DNA of 64,000 bases from Escherichia coli. Lineage in GTDB: Bacteria > Pseudomonadota > Gammaproteobacteria > Enterobacterales > Enterobacteriaceae. The translations under genes and the position numbers were made by a program. The stretch lies in NCBI RefSeq assembly GCF_044324875.1, contig NZ_CP172185.1. The stretch is one strand, 5' to 3'. A model generated the notes under the pieces. That model had not been told where the DNA came from. It did no database searches and was given only the letters and a program-made list of their open reading frames with translations. Of this stretch, positions 29,646 to 38,814 are shown one piece after another (position 1 is the first letter of the stretch; every line of letters starts with the position of its first letter).

Positions 29646-30599
29646 TTACAATAGCTCTCTGGCTGCCGCCACAATATCTTGCGCGGTTAACCCGTACTCT
29701 CTCTGTAAAAAGTCCTGAGTTCCAACCTGGCCATACCGCTCTTTAACCCCCACCCGACGCATGGGCACAGGACAAGTTTCTACAAGCACTTCAGCAACCG
29801 CTGAACCTAATCCATTATGAATACTATGGTTTTCACATGTTACGATCCGTCCTGTTTTTTCGGCATAATTTTTAATTAACATCCGATCAACGGGTTTGAG
29901 CGTAAACATATCAATCACCGCTACACTTACCCCAGCCAGCTCAAGTTGACGTGCGGCCTCCAGGGCTTCCACCACCATAATGCCATTAGCAATTAAGGTG
30001 ACATCCGTACCTTCACGTAATACCTGCCCTTTGCCAATTGTAAAGGTTGTACCTGGTGCGTAAATACTCGCTGCTTGCTTCCGAATGGTACGAATCCAAT
30101 AAAATCCTTCCAGTGCAACGAGTTGACGCAAGATATCGCTGAACATTACGGCATCTGTCATCTCCATCACCACCGAATGCGCCAGCCCGCGCACAATTCC
30201 CATATCTTCAAATGACATATGTGTTCCGCCATTGTGGCAAGCAGCAACACCCGCATCAGAAGCTATAACTTTGACGTTAGCGCCCTGGTAATCAAGCGAC
30301 ATAAAGAGTTGATCAAAACAGCGACGACTGGCAAATGCGGTAAAGGTATGCACGAATGGCTTGCGCCCGGTTAAGGCCAGCCCTGCAGCTGTGCCGATAA
30401 CATTGGCTTCCATAATGCCGCAATTAATGACGTGATCTGGATAATCCTGCGCCACGCTGTCCATTGCCATGGAACTCATTAAATCAGCCTCAAGAGCAAT
30501 GACAGAACTGACGTTTTTACTCTGTTGCGCGATAAAATCTGCATAAACTTTGCGCATTTCAATGCTGTCTTTTTGTCCTGCCGGTGCGAGATTAATCAT
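29646..30599 (-). CDS. transketolase, C-terminal (pyrimidine-binding) subunit
   Basis: 317 aa. It follows and overlaps the N-terminal subunit gene by 8 nt, the typical split-transketolase arrangement. Confidence 0.88.
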   Translation of the reverse strand: MINLAPAGQKDSIEMRKVYADFIAQQSKNVSSVIALEADLMSSMAMDSVAQDYPDHVINCGIMEANVIGTAAGLALTGRKPFVHTFTAFASRRCFDQLFMSLDYQGANVKVIASDAGVAACHNGGTHMSFEDMGIVRGLAHSVVMEMTDAVMFSDILRQLVALEGFYWIRTIRKQAASIYAPGTTFTIGKGQVLREGTDVTLIANGIMVVEALEAARQLELAGVSVAVIDMFTLKPVDRMLIKNYAEKTGRIVTCENHSIHNGLGSAVAEVLVETCPVPMRRVGVKERYGQVGTQDFLQREYGLTAQDIVAAARELL

Positions 30600-31422
30600 G
30601 CATATCCTCCAGTTGGCGAATTGTTTCGTTTAGCGTCCCCTTCATCTCTTCTGTGAGGCGTAAGTGATGAGAATTACTGAGTTGCTCGAGACACGGCACC
30701 CCCTGCCCTTTAATGCTATCGAGAATGACCACTCTCGGTCTGGCCTCAGCTGGCAGGACAGGTTTAACTACATTCAACAAGCCCTCAATATCATCGCCCT
30801 TCACTGTCACGACATCAAAACCGAAAGCCCGGAATTTTCCTTCCAAATCAAATGGATTAATAATTTCATCCAGTTGACCATCAAGCTGCTGTTTGTTCCA
30901 GTCCACAAACACAGTGAGGTTATTCAAACGATGATGCGCGATAAACTGGAAAGCTTCCCAACATTGGCCTTCATTAAGTTCGCCATCGCCGACAATACAA
31001 AAAACCCGATTCTTGCGCCCCGCCAGTTTATGCGACAGCGCCATCCCTCCGGCAATGGATATCCCCTGCCCCAGCGATCCTGTGGTGCTATCAACACCAC
31101 ACGTTTTTAGCCGATCCGGATGACTTGGTAAGCGGGTTCCGTTCTGATTTAAGGTGCTTAATTCTTCCAGTGGAAAGTAGCCTTTCAGCGCCAGAGTACT
31201 GTAGAGAGCAGGTCCGGCATGTCCTTTGGACAGGATAAAATAGTCACGCTCAGGCCAGTCGGGAGCAGCAGGATCAATTTTCATTACAGCGCCATAAAGC
31301 ACTGCCAGCGTTTCCACAACCGACATGCTGCCACCATAATGACCGAAGCCGAGATGAGTTAATGATTTAAGCGTCTGGATACGTATATCCCGTGCAAATT
31401 GAGTCAATTCTTTAACATTCAT
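30592..31422 (-). CDS. transketolase, N-terminal (TPP-binding) subunit
   Basis: 276 aa with GHYGGSMS, SKGHAGPALY and the TPP motif GDGELNEGQCWEA. Confidence 0.88.
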   Translation of the reverse strand: MNVKELTQFARDIRIQTLKSLTHLGFGHYGGSMSVVETLAVLYGAVMKIDPAAPDWPERDYFILSKGHAGPALYSTLALKGYFPLEELSTLNQNGTRLPSHPDRLKTCGVDSTTGSLGQGISIAGGMALSHKLAGRKNRVFCIVGDGELNEGQCWEAFQFIAHHRLNNLTVFVDWNKQQLDGQLDEIINPFDLEGKFRAFGFDVVTVKGDDIEGLLNVVKPVLPAEARPRVVILDSIKGQGVPCLEQLSNSHHLRLTEEMKGTLNETIRQLEDMHD

Positions 31423-32813
31423 GATTTGGCTCCGCTCTTCTTCTGCGCTTTGGCAGCGATTTTGTTACTGGCGAAAATGTTCCAGGCAACCAGCAGCACA
31501 AATAGCGCTACTACAAGTCCGGTGATGGCAAAAGGTGAGAGATAACGTGCCAGGTTTCCGAGGACGATGCCGACAGCACCAAAATCTGCATCGGAAAAGG
31601 TCGTATTAGCAAAGCCTATCGCCCCAAGAACCGGCAATAACAGTACTGGCAGGAAGGTAATCAATAAGCCATTCGCAAAAGCACCAATCATTGCGCCACG
31701 ACGTCCCCCCGTAGCGTTACCAAATACGCCAGCAGCCGCCCCGGTAAAAAAGTGAGGAACGACACCCGGAAGAATCAACACCAGTTTCATCTGTCCCAAC
31801 AAAAATAGCCCTACCAGACCGCCAAAAAAGCTAAACAAGAAACCAACTAACACTGCGTTTGGCGCATACGGATACACAACCGGGCAATCGAGGGCCGGAC
31901 GGGCATTCGGCACCAGCTTTTCTGAAAACCCGGTAAATGCCGGAACTATTTCAGCAAGGATTAAACGCACGCCTTGCAGAATAATAAATACACCAGCAGC
32001 GAAGGTGATGGCCATTATGATGGCGTAGACAAGGTAGTTTTGACCACCACTGAACTGGCTTTCAACGAACTCACGACCAGCACTGATCGCCATGATCAGA
32101 TAAATCACCATCATCGTAAGAGAAATAGAGATGGAACTGTCGCGCAGGAAGCTCAGATTTTTGGGCAAATTCATCTCTTCGGTGGAGCGGGAACCTTTAC
32201 CGCACACGCTGCCAATCCAGCCAGAAAGTACATATCCCAGAGTGCCAAAGTGACCAAAAGCAATGTCATCATTCCCCGTAATACGCTTCATATAGCGTTG
32301 TGCTAATGCCGGGAAAAATGCCATCACAAGTCCCAGAATAAGAGAACCGGTAAAGACCAGTGATATACCTTCAAAACCAGCCACTGTCAGAATCACACCA
32401 ATCATGCAGGCCATGTAAAATGTGTGGTGTCCGGTCAGGAAGATATATTTAAGGCGGGTAAAGCGGGCAACAATAATATTCGCCACCATACCAAATGCCA
32501 TAATAAGGGCCGTCGATGCGCCATATTTTTCCAGCGCAATAGAAACAATAGCCTCATTATTCGGAATGATGCCCTGAATATTAAAGGCATGTTCAAACAT
32601 ACTCCCAAGAGGATTTAACGAACCAACCAAAACAGTGGCACCACCGCCCAGTACAATAAAGCCGAGAATAGTTTTAATTGTACCTTTAACAACATCTGAA
32701 AAAGATTTTTTCTGGGCAACCAGACCAATTAAGGCAATCAAGCCGACCAGTATCGCGGGCACTTTAAGTATATCAACAACAAAATTCAGCGTTTCAAGGA
32801 TAAACATATCCAC
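31419..32813 (-). CDS. PTS ascorbate-family EIIC (UlaA/SgaT-like)
   Basis: 464-aa polytopic membrane protein. It is translationally coupled (4-nt overlap) to the transketolase gene and preceded by EIIB and EIIA genes. Confidence 0.85.
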   Translation of the reverse strand: MDMFILETLNFVVDILKVPAILVGLIALIGLVAQKKSFSDVVKGTIKTILGFIVLGGGATVLVGSLNPLGSMFEHAFNIQGIIPNNEAIVSIALEKYGASTALIMAFGMVANIIVARFTRLKYIFLTGHHTFYMACMIGVILTVAGFEGISLVFTGSLILGLVMAFFPALAQRYMKRITGNDDIAFGHFGTLGYVLSGWIGSVCGKGSRSTEEMNLPKNLSFLRDSSISISLTMMVIYLIMAISAGREFVESQFSGGQNYLVYAIIMAITFAAGVFIILQGVRLILAEIVPAFTGFSEKLVPNARPALDCPVVYPYAPNAVLVGFLFSFFGGLVGLFLLGQMKLVLILPGVVPHFFTGAAAGVFGNATGGRRGAMIGAFANGLLITFLPVLLLPVLGAIGFANTTFSDADFGAVGIVLGNLARYLSPFAITGLVVALFVLLVAWNIFASNKIAAKAQKKSGAKS

Positions 32814-32829
32814 CTCGCTTCAATTAAGG

Positions 32830-33102
32830 TTATTGTTTTGCTAACCAGTTACGCAGTTGCGTTTCGAGTTCATTAATATCAATGATGTTGTTGATAACCA
32901 CCAACTGACTTTCCGGTACGCTGGCACTGGCAGCAATATCTTTGGCCATCACAAATAAATCGGCAGCCCCTGGCGTTGCTGATGAGAGATCGGAATGTTC
33001 CACTTCCGCCTCTATATCCATTTTTTTCAGAACTTTTTTAATATTCATTTCGACCATAAAACTACTACCAAGCCCTGAGCCACAAATAGCCATAATTTTC
33101 AT
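32830..33102 (-). CDS. PTS EIIB (UlaB-like)
   Basis: ORF 32830..33150, with the start moved to ATG 33102. MKIMAICGSGLGSSFM contains the phospho-Cys loop. Confidence 0.8.
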   Translation of the reverse strand: MKIMAICGSGLGSSFMVEMNIKKVLKKMDIEAEVEHSDLSSATPGAADLFVMAKDIAASASVPESQLVVINNIIDINELETQLRNWLAKQ

Positions 33103-33180
33103 TATATTCACCATTTTAAGTTGAAGAAGTCCCATCACGCAACGGCGCAATGTTGTGAAAAGACTGAATTTATAATGTAA

Positions 33181-33630
33181 TCAGAACCGTGAAATTATCT
33201 TTTTTATTTCCTCCACATTGCGAGCCTGATGCAATTCATGTAAATCTTTTTCGCTGGAGAATAACTCAGCCAGTGCAGATATCATTTCGATATGACTGTG
33301 TTTGTCTGGTGCGGCAAGTAAAATGATAACATCTACAGGATCAAATTCCTCTGTATGAAAACTGACACCTTCTTCAAGTTTTAATAATGATAAACCTAAT
33401 CCTTTTGCCCCTTCTTCTGGTCGGGCATGCGGCATGGCCAGCCCGGGTGCCAGGACATAATAAGGCCCCAGTTTTTCATGTTGTGTCTTTATCGCACTGA
33501 GATAATCCGTCGTAATTATCTCTGCATCCAGTAACGGTCTGGCACAGATATCTAATGCCTGCTGCCAGGTTGCGGCATTCTTTCGTAATGCGATTGTTGA
33601 ATCAGAAAGCCAGATATTAAGCACTCCCAC
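33181..33630 (-). CDS. PTS EIIA (PTS_EIIA_2, UlaC/mannitol-fructose type)
   Basis: 149 aa with the active-site region GLAMPHARPEEG. Confidence 0.85.
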   Translation of the reverse strand: MGVLNIWLSDSTIALRKNAATWQQALDICARPLLDAEIITTDYLSAIKTQHEKLGPYYVLAPGLAMPHARPEEGAKGLGLSLLKLEEGVSFHTEEFDPVDVIILLAAPDKHSHIEMISALAELFSSEKDLHELHQARNVEEIKKIISRF

Positions 33631-33881
33631 CCCCTAATTTCTTATTTATATGACCAGAATGTATTCAAGTAACGACGGTATATCTGCGATCAATATCACA
33701 AAGATAGCGCTATCAGGAGGTATTGTTCGAATTTGTGATAGCGCTATCAAAATAGATTTCACTGATTAAATCCAGACTTATGGCAGATATTAAGAGGTAT
33801 ACTCTGCTACTGGCAGTGCAGGAAGCCGTTGATGATAAGTAATAAAAGATCTCCATATGTAGTCGCTGAGCAGGATTTTGT

Positions 33882-34901
33882 ATGGCAATAACCCGAAAAC
33901 GTCGTAGTACAGGTAAAGTCACTATTGCTGATGTCGCGCAACTCGCGGGAGTTGGCACAATGACTGTATCCAGAGCGTTACGCACTCCCGAACAAGTTTC
34001 AGATAAATTGAGGGAGAAGATTGAAGCCGCAGTTAATGAATTAGGGTATATGCCCAACCTCACTGCAAGCGCACTGGCATCGGCATCTTCACACACGATC
34101 GCAATGGTCGTGCCAAACCTGGCTGAAGCGGGATGCACGGAAATGTTTGCCGGGCTGCAACATGTGCTACAACCAGCGGGGTATCAAATAATCCTGGCTG
34201 AGTCACGCCATCGTCTGGAACAAGAAGAAAAACTGCTGGAAACCCTGCTGGCTTCTAATATCGCTGCAGCAATTTTGCTTAGTGTTGAGCATAATAGTAC
34301 CGTGCGTCACTTGCTCAAAAATGCCTCGATTCCTGTTATAGAAATCGGTGCCATTCGTACTGATCCGATAGATATCAACATTGGTATTGATAATGTTGCA
34401 GCAATGTTCGAGCTGACGGATATGCTGGTACAACGTGGTTATCAGAATATCGGTTTGCTATGCGCTAACCAGGAACAGTGGATCTTTCAGCAGCATTTAC
34501 AGGGATGGTATAAAGCTATGTTACGCCATCATATGTCTCCCAACCGTGTTATTAACGCTGCTCTGCCACCTGTTTTTTCCACCGGAGCATCACAACTACC
34601 GGAATTTTTGCTCGCATGGCCGGAACTGGATGCCCTGGTATGTGTGTCAGATGAGTTAGCCTGCGGTGTTCTCTATGAATGTCAACGAAGACGGATCAAA
34701 GTTCCAGACGAGCTCGCCGTAGTAGGATTTGGTGACAGTGACGTCAGCAAAGTTTGCCAACCATCATTAACAACAATGGCCGTTCCTCACAGGAAAATTG
34801 GTCTGGAAGCAGGAAATGTTTTGCTGGAACGAATTAAAGAAGGTAACTGGAGCAATCAGATATTCATTGAGCCCTGTTTATGTTTACGTGAAAGCTGCTG
34901 A
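33882..34901 (+). CDS. LacI-family transcriptional regulator
   Basis: 339 aa with the N-terminal HTH VTIADVAQLAGVGTMTVSRALR and a periplasmic-binding-protein-like body. It is divergent from the PTS/transketolase operon. Confidence 0.9.
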   Translation: MAITRKRRSTGKVTIADVAQLAGVGTMTVSRALRTPEQVSDKLREKIEAAVNELGYMPNLTASALASASSHTIAMVVPNLAEAGCTEMFAGLQHVLQPAGYQIILAESRHRLEQEEKLLETLLASNIAAAILLSVEHNSTVRHLLKNASIPVIEIGAIRTDPIDINIGIDNVAAMFELTDMLVQRGYQNIGLLCANQEQWIFQQHLQGWYKAMLRHHMSPNRVINAALPPVFSTGASQLPEFLLAWPELDALVCVSDELACGVLYECQRRRIKVPDELAVVGFGDSDVSKVCQPSLTTMAVPHRKIGLEAGNVLLERIKEGNWSNQIFIEPCLCLRESC

Positions 34902-34981
34902 AGCTGGGGGACTGGTATCTTTCAGCTCACTGATTTTGTTGCTGAACCTGATATATCCTTCGGTTTTCCACAACCAGGGGA

Positions 34982-35012
34982 AGGGTGTCATCATAAGGCG
35001 TGATGACACCCT
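34982..35012. terminator. perfect 12-bp-stem hairpin downstream of the LacI-family gene
   Basis: AGGGTGTCATCA-taaggcg-TGATGACACCCT. No T-run follows, so its function is uncertain (terminator-like or REP-like). Confidence 0.35.
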
Positions 35013-35493
35013 GAATTCCCATCCTGTATCTGCAGAAAATTTTTCGTAAATAAATTAATTTAATAACTAAAAAGAAAATACAATAAGCAAAATATCAATT
35101 ACAGCATGTTCGTTTGTTTAAAGAACCTGCTGGTCCTGCCATTAATATTACCTGCTGATTGCTTCACATCCGGATTCCTCGCACTGCGCGCGGGTTATTG
35201 TTTCGTTTTCGGCCACGGGGTCGCCAGGGCTCTGTTTGCAGGCCATGATGGCCTGACCTGTACTGTTTCTCAGGCACTGAGATGTCCGTTTACGCCATTT
35301 GTTCCCGGATATCCTTAACCTCTGACGTTTGTTCCCTGCCCCTCTGTCTGATAACGAATACGCTCACAACGCACAGTACTGAACAATACCGACAACAACA
35401 TGTCTTACATGAAATTCGCTGTAACATCCACCGGAAAACATTTTCAGATATCGGATGAGGTACTACTTCCATTGACAGCGCGAGGTAACAAAA

Positions 35494-36005
35494 TTGATGG
35501 TAACTCTGACCATTAACCGTAAACCGCAGGGTATTTTCAGTAAATCACCGGCAACGCCGCTGCAGGATAAAACGGACACAGCATACAAAATGAAGGCCGG
35601 TGACCAGATACCACAGTTGAACGATAAACAGAAACCTGCTGATAAAACACCGTGGCGACATGACAAAACGCCAGAGCAAAAACCGTAAGCGCATTATTCG
35701 TCTTGTGGAACTCTGGCCTGAGTCATTCAACCGGGAAAAAAACAAAACCACTTAAAGTGGGGATACCTGACGACCTGATACAGGATATCGCCATCCGAGA
35801 ACTGGCGTTTGGCGCTGGTACATTACATGCAGCAGTGGCGTCTTATGTGCAGTCTCCGTGCTATTACCGTGCGTTAATAGCAGGTGGCGCCCGTTACAAC
35901 CTGAACGGTCAGCCGTGCGGGGAAGTGACACCACAGGAACAGAAAGAGGCAGAGACCCGTTTAATGATGCTGAATGACCGACGAAAAGACAGAAAACCTC
36001 GTTGA
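35494..36005 (+). pseudogene. ProQ/FinO-domain RNA-chaperone gene, disrupted by frameshifts
   Basis: Three frames carry consecutive FinO-like pieces. The first is MMVTLTINRKPQG.. (compare FinO PVLTLKRKTEG). The second is ..KRKRIIRLVELWPESFNREKNKTT*. The third is ..KPLKVGIPDDLIQDIA..YVQSPCYYRALIAGGARYNLNGQPCGEVTPQE (compare ProQ RPLKIGIFQDL..RVDLDGNPCGEL). The second frame switch coincides with an A7 run at 35736-35742. Confidence 0.7.
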
Positions 36006-36022
36006 CTGCACAACAGCGCTGT

Positions 36023-36619
36023 TCACTGAGCTGTAATCAATGTACAGCGCTGTACCGGGCGATGGGTAATACCGGTCACAACCGGTAACCCCAGAGACAA
36101 TGCAACTGTTTTTAACGCAATATACTGGCCGGATGTATCACCCCGGGCAGCCTGAAAACACCTTTCCACCCGGCATTGTCCGTCAGCACTTATCACCCGC
36201 CATGTCTGTTGCAATAAATCCACCCGTTGCGAACATTCTTCATCAACCGTGGCACTGACCCGTGGATGGCAAATGCTCGTCTGGCTGAGCAGCAACAGGC
36301 ATCGCATTGTTGCTCCTCCATGTTGTTCCCGCAACCAGCGTAATACCACCGGTGGTGCTGGACTGGCCGTGTGATTACGTTCAGTAATACGCTCGTGCAC
36401 CTGTCGGTAAAAGGAAGTACAGAATGCATGAATCTGTTGTCCGTTGATGTTTCCTTCTGCCGAATGGAGCGTGAAGTGAAATGCCAACAGATTTGGCCAG
36501 TGGTCCACCGCCTGCTGAACAAAACGCCGGATTTCCCCCGGCGCTGAAAGTAAGGCTTCGGTTATTTGCACTATTTTATCCCCGTTGAATTTTGTTAAGC
36601 CGGTGCAGACCAGACACAC
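36023..36619 (-). CDS. YagK/YfjJ-family (inovirus Gp2-like) protein, paralogue 3
   Basis: 198-aa maximal ORF. It has no ATG start, so GTG at 36619 or GTG at 36571 (after GGGGA) is likely. It resembles the other two paralogues in the ..LLAFHFTLH.. block. Confidence 0.6.
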   Translation of the reverse strand: MCLVCTGLTKFNGDKIVQITEALLSAPGEIRRFVQQAVDHWPNLLAFHFTLHSAEGNINGQQIHAFCTSFYRQVHERITERNHTASPAPPVVLRWLREQHGGATMRCLLLLSQTSICHPRVSATVDEECSQRVDLLQQTWRVISADGQCRVERCFQAARGDTSGQYIALKTVALSLGLPVVTGITHRPVQRCTLITAQ

Positions 36620-36848
36620 GGAAAGCGCACATCGACACCGGCACGGTACGATACAAACACCAGTGACTGGCGGGACGAAGGGAATGACGAATCAGTCAGG
36701 AAATGATGACAAACAGTTGGCTGGCCAGAGGGTGCCAGCAGAAAGATGAGCGGGAGTTGTCAGCGCCAGCACCAGGGACAGGGCTGATTTCCACAATACC
36801 AGCGCCGGCATTTCGCACATTGCCAGCGTACTGGCATTACAACACGTT

Positions 36849-37085
36849 TCATGCTGCTGCTCCTCGTGATTCCTCAATTCGCTGCTGCATCCACTGCTCC
36901 ACTTCACTTTTGTACCAGCGGCTGCTGCGCCCCAGTTTGATGGGTTTAGGGAAATGGCCTTCACTGATCAGCTTGTAAAACCATTTGTCGGTCATACCAG
37001 TGAAGCTGGTGATGTAGTTCATGTCGATCAGGGGATCGTCGGCACGCAGCAATACGCTGTCGTGACCTGTCATTGAGGTCAACAT
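36849..37085 (-). CDS. alpA: AlpA-family phage/island regulatory protein (MerR-like HTH)
   Basis: 78 aa. ..LIDMNYITSFTGMTDKWFYKLISEGHFPKPIKLGRSSRWYKSEVEQWM.. has the typical AlpA-family layout. The start may be the internal ATG at 37073. Confidence 0.8.
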   Translation of the reverse strand: MLTSMTGHDSVLLRADDPLIDMNYITSFTGMTDKWFYKLISEGHFPKPIKLGRSSRWYKSEVEQWMQQRIEESRGAAA

Positions 37086-37153
37086 GGTCAGAATGTCCTC
37101 TGTGAGATTTATGAATGTTGGGCAAATGCGGGTGAATCTGCTGAGCTGAGCTT

Positions 37154-37756
37154 TCAGAGCTGGCCTGCTACGGGATACCAGGGATTACCGGCGAGGTAAC
37201 GGGCTTCCGGATCGCGCACACCACGACGATCGCGGGCGAAATCACTGAACGCCCATATCAGCTCTTTGAGTCTCTCTTCGCAGTCCGGTGAACAACTGTC
37301 CAGCACCACATCCCGGGTTATCTGTTTCTGGTACGGTGCTGCTTCACCCGGTGACGCGAAGCCCAGTACGTTGCTCCAGGCATCCAGAATCAACCGGTCC
37401 AGCTCAGGGCCGTCGAAATATTCCTGTCTGACGCACAGCACCACGTGGTATTCCGGTTTTTCAGGATGACGGGTCAGGAGCCAGCAGAGGTCGCGTCCGG
37501 GGGTTGCATTCATCAGCGCACTGACGGTTTCGATAAAGGCCATACCGAACCAGGTTTTTCTGTCGCTGAAGATGTTGCCATGTTCCCCCGGCAGACGAAG
37601 CAGGATCCGCCGTATCCTGGAGCCGGACTGCTCGCGCAACACACGGTTGAGAACGCCGATGATTTTGTTCTGATAAGATGGCCAGAAGGGCGCCATGCTA
37701 TAGTCGAAATAAGGGATAGCATTCATAAGATATGTTCCGTTATACGCAGCCCACAA
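37154..37756 (-). CDS. YagK/YfjJ-family (inovirus Gp2-like) protein, paralogue 2
   Basis: 200-aa ORF from a non-ATG start. ATG at 37726 (MNAIPYFDY..) is the more likely start. It contains ..IRRILLRLPGEHG.. and ..PEYHVVLCVRQEYF... Confidence 0.65.
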   Translation of the reverse strand: MWAAYNGTYLMNAIPYFDYSMAPFWPSYQNKIIGVLNRVLREQSGSRIRRILLRLPGEHGNIFSDRKTWFGMAFIETVSALMNATPGRDLCWLLTRHPEKPEYHVVLCVRQEYFDGPELDRLILDAWSNVLGFASPGEAAPYQKQITRDVVLDSCSPDCEERLKELIWAFSDFARDRRGVRDPEARYLAGNPWYPVAGQL

Positions 37757-38082
37757 CGCGTCCTGCCCGTGGATGCGCTGACGTGTTATGGCTTGCGTAT
37801 GGGGTTGATGGAATAAGTGAAAAACCGCGGCAGAACGGGAAGATCAGGTAACCGACAAGGGACAGAACACCGGATGCAGGTTCAGAATGAATGATCTCCG
37901 TTGACTTCGGTTCACATCATTAAGCAGGACAGTAAGGTTTTACCGACGGAGTGTTTCCAGGAGCGAAAGCAGAGAAAAATACCGTTGCATGACTTCAGGA
38001 CGACTTTTTCAGAAAACGAGCTAAGGGCGTCAGCCAACGTCCTGTAGCATAAGCTCAGGCACCGGATGTCGTTTTACAGGGC

Positions 38083-38814
38083 TCACCTGCCATCCAGCAG
38101 ACGCCCCGGCCCACGACTGCAACCATAATTACGTTGCCCGGAACCGTCATGCTGCTTCGTCTCATATTTCACGAGATAACTGGCTCTGTTCCGGGCTTTC
38201 TGCAGCGCTTCCACATCACCACGCTTGATCCAGAGAACAGCGGCTTCACCCGGCTTTTTTTCTGAAGCCTTCCTGGTATCAGAACATCCACCCGACAAAG
38301 GCGTGTCATCGGAAGAAGGGCGAGCATCAGACGATGCTGGTTTACGGGAAGGCGTCCACCTGGAAAAATGGACCAGGCCATCGCCTTGCCAGGCCTCAAG
38401 ATGCAGGGCGCTGCACCATGCCTCCAGGATCATCGTCGCCAGCGAAGATGGTTCGCTGAAATCCCCTGGCGAGCACCAGGTATCTTTGTTGAGCAGCAAT
38501 ATCACGTGATAATGTTTCCTGCCTTTTTCCTTGCCAAACTCCCGACACCAGAAATAACGCAGAGTGGTTGCACGCACACGCTTGTTGGCACGTCGTTTTT
38601 TCCGCTGGTAAGCCTGGATTTTGGCTTTCAGGGATTCGAAAAAACGAGAAATCACCGCTGAATCCGGATCGGGATCCATGATGGTGACAGGCATATACTC
38701 AGGGAAACGTAAATCCACCCGGATTAACGAGACGGCACGGTGCTGCGACAGGGCACTGTCGAGAAGGCTGTCAAAACGGGATAACCAGTAAGCATTGTGT
38801 ATTGGTTGATTCAT
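38083..38814 (-). CDS. YagK/YfjJ-family (inovirus Gp2-like) protein, paralogue 1; it retains an H-Y-H (HUH-type) motif
   Basis: 243 aa with GGAG 8 nt upstream. It has ..VSLIRVDLRFPE.., GRKHYHVILLLNKD (H101-Y-H103, DNA 38506-38514) and the C-terminal RASYLVKYETKQ. Confidence 0.8.
   Translation of the reverse strand: MNQPIHNAYWLSRFDSLLDSALSQHRAVSLIRVDLRFPEYMPVTIMDPDPDSAVISRFFESLKAKIQAYQRKKRRANKRVRATTLRYFWCREFGKEKGRKHYHVILLLNKDTWCSPGDFSEPSSLATMILEAWCSALHLEAWQGDGLVHFSRWTPSRKPASSDARPSSDDTPLSGGCSDTRKASEKKPGEAAVLWIKRGDVEALQKARNRASYLVKYETKQHDGSGQRNYGCSRGPGRLLDGR

Noticed and set aside
35106-35472. Small ORFs 35106..35318 (+) and 35290..35472 (-), plus a manually found 33-codon minus ORF (MACKQSPGDPVAENETITRAQCEESGCEAISR)
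   Set aside because: None has an RBS, a recognisable family or supporting structure. The region may be decayed sequence between the LacI-family gene and the FinO-like pseudogene.
36692-36964. 90-aa minus ORF overlapping the 3' end of alpA
   Set aside because: It overlaps alpA in another frame. Only its tail (MPALVLWKSALSLVLALTTPAHLS..) lies in free intergenic space, and that tail lacks a convincing start context.
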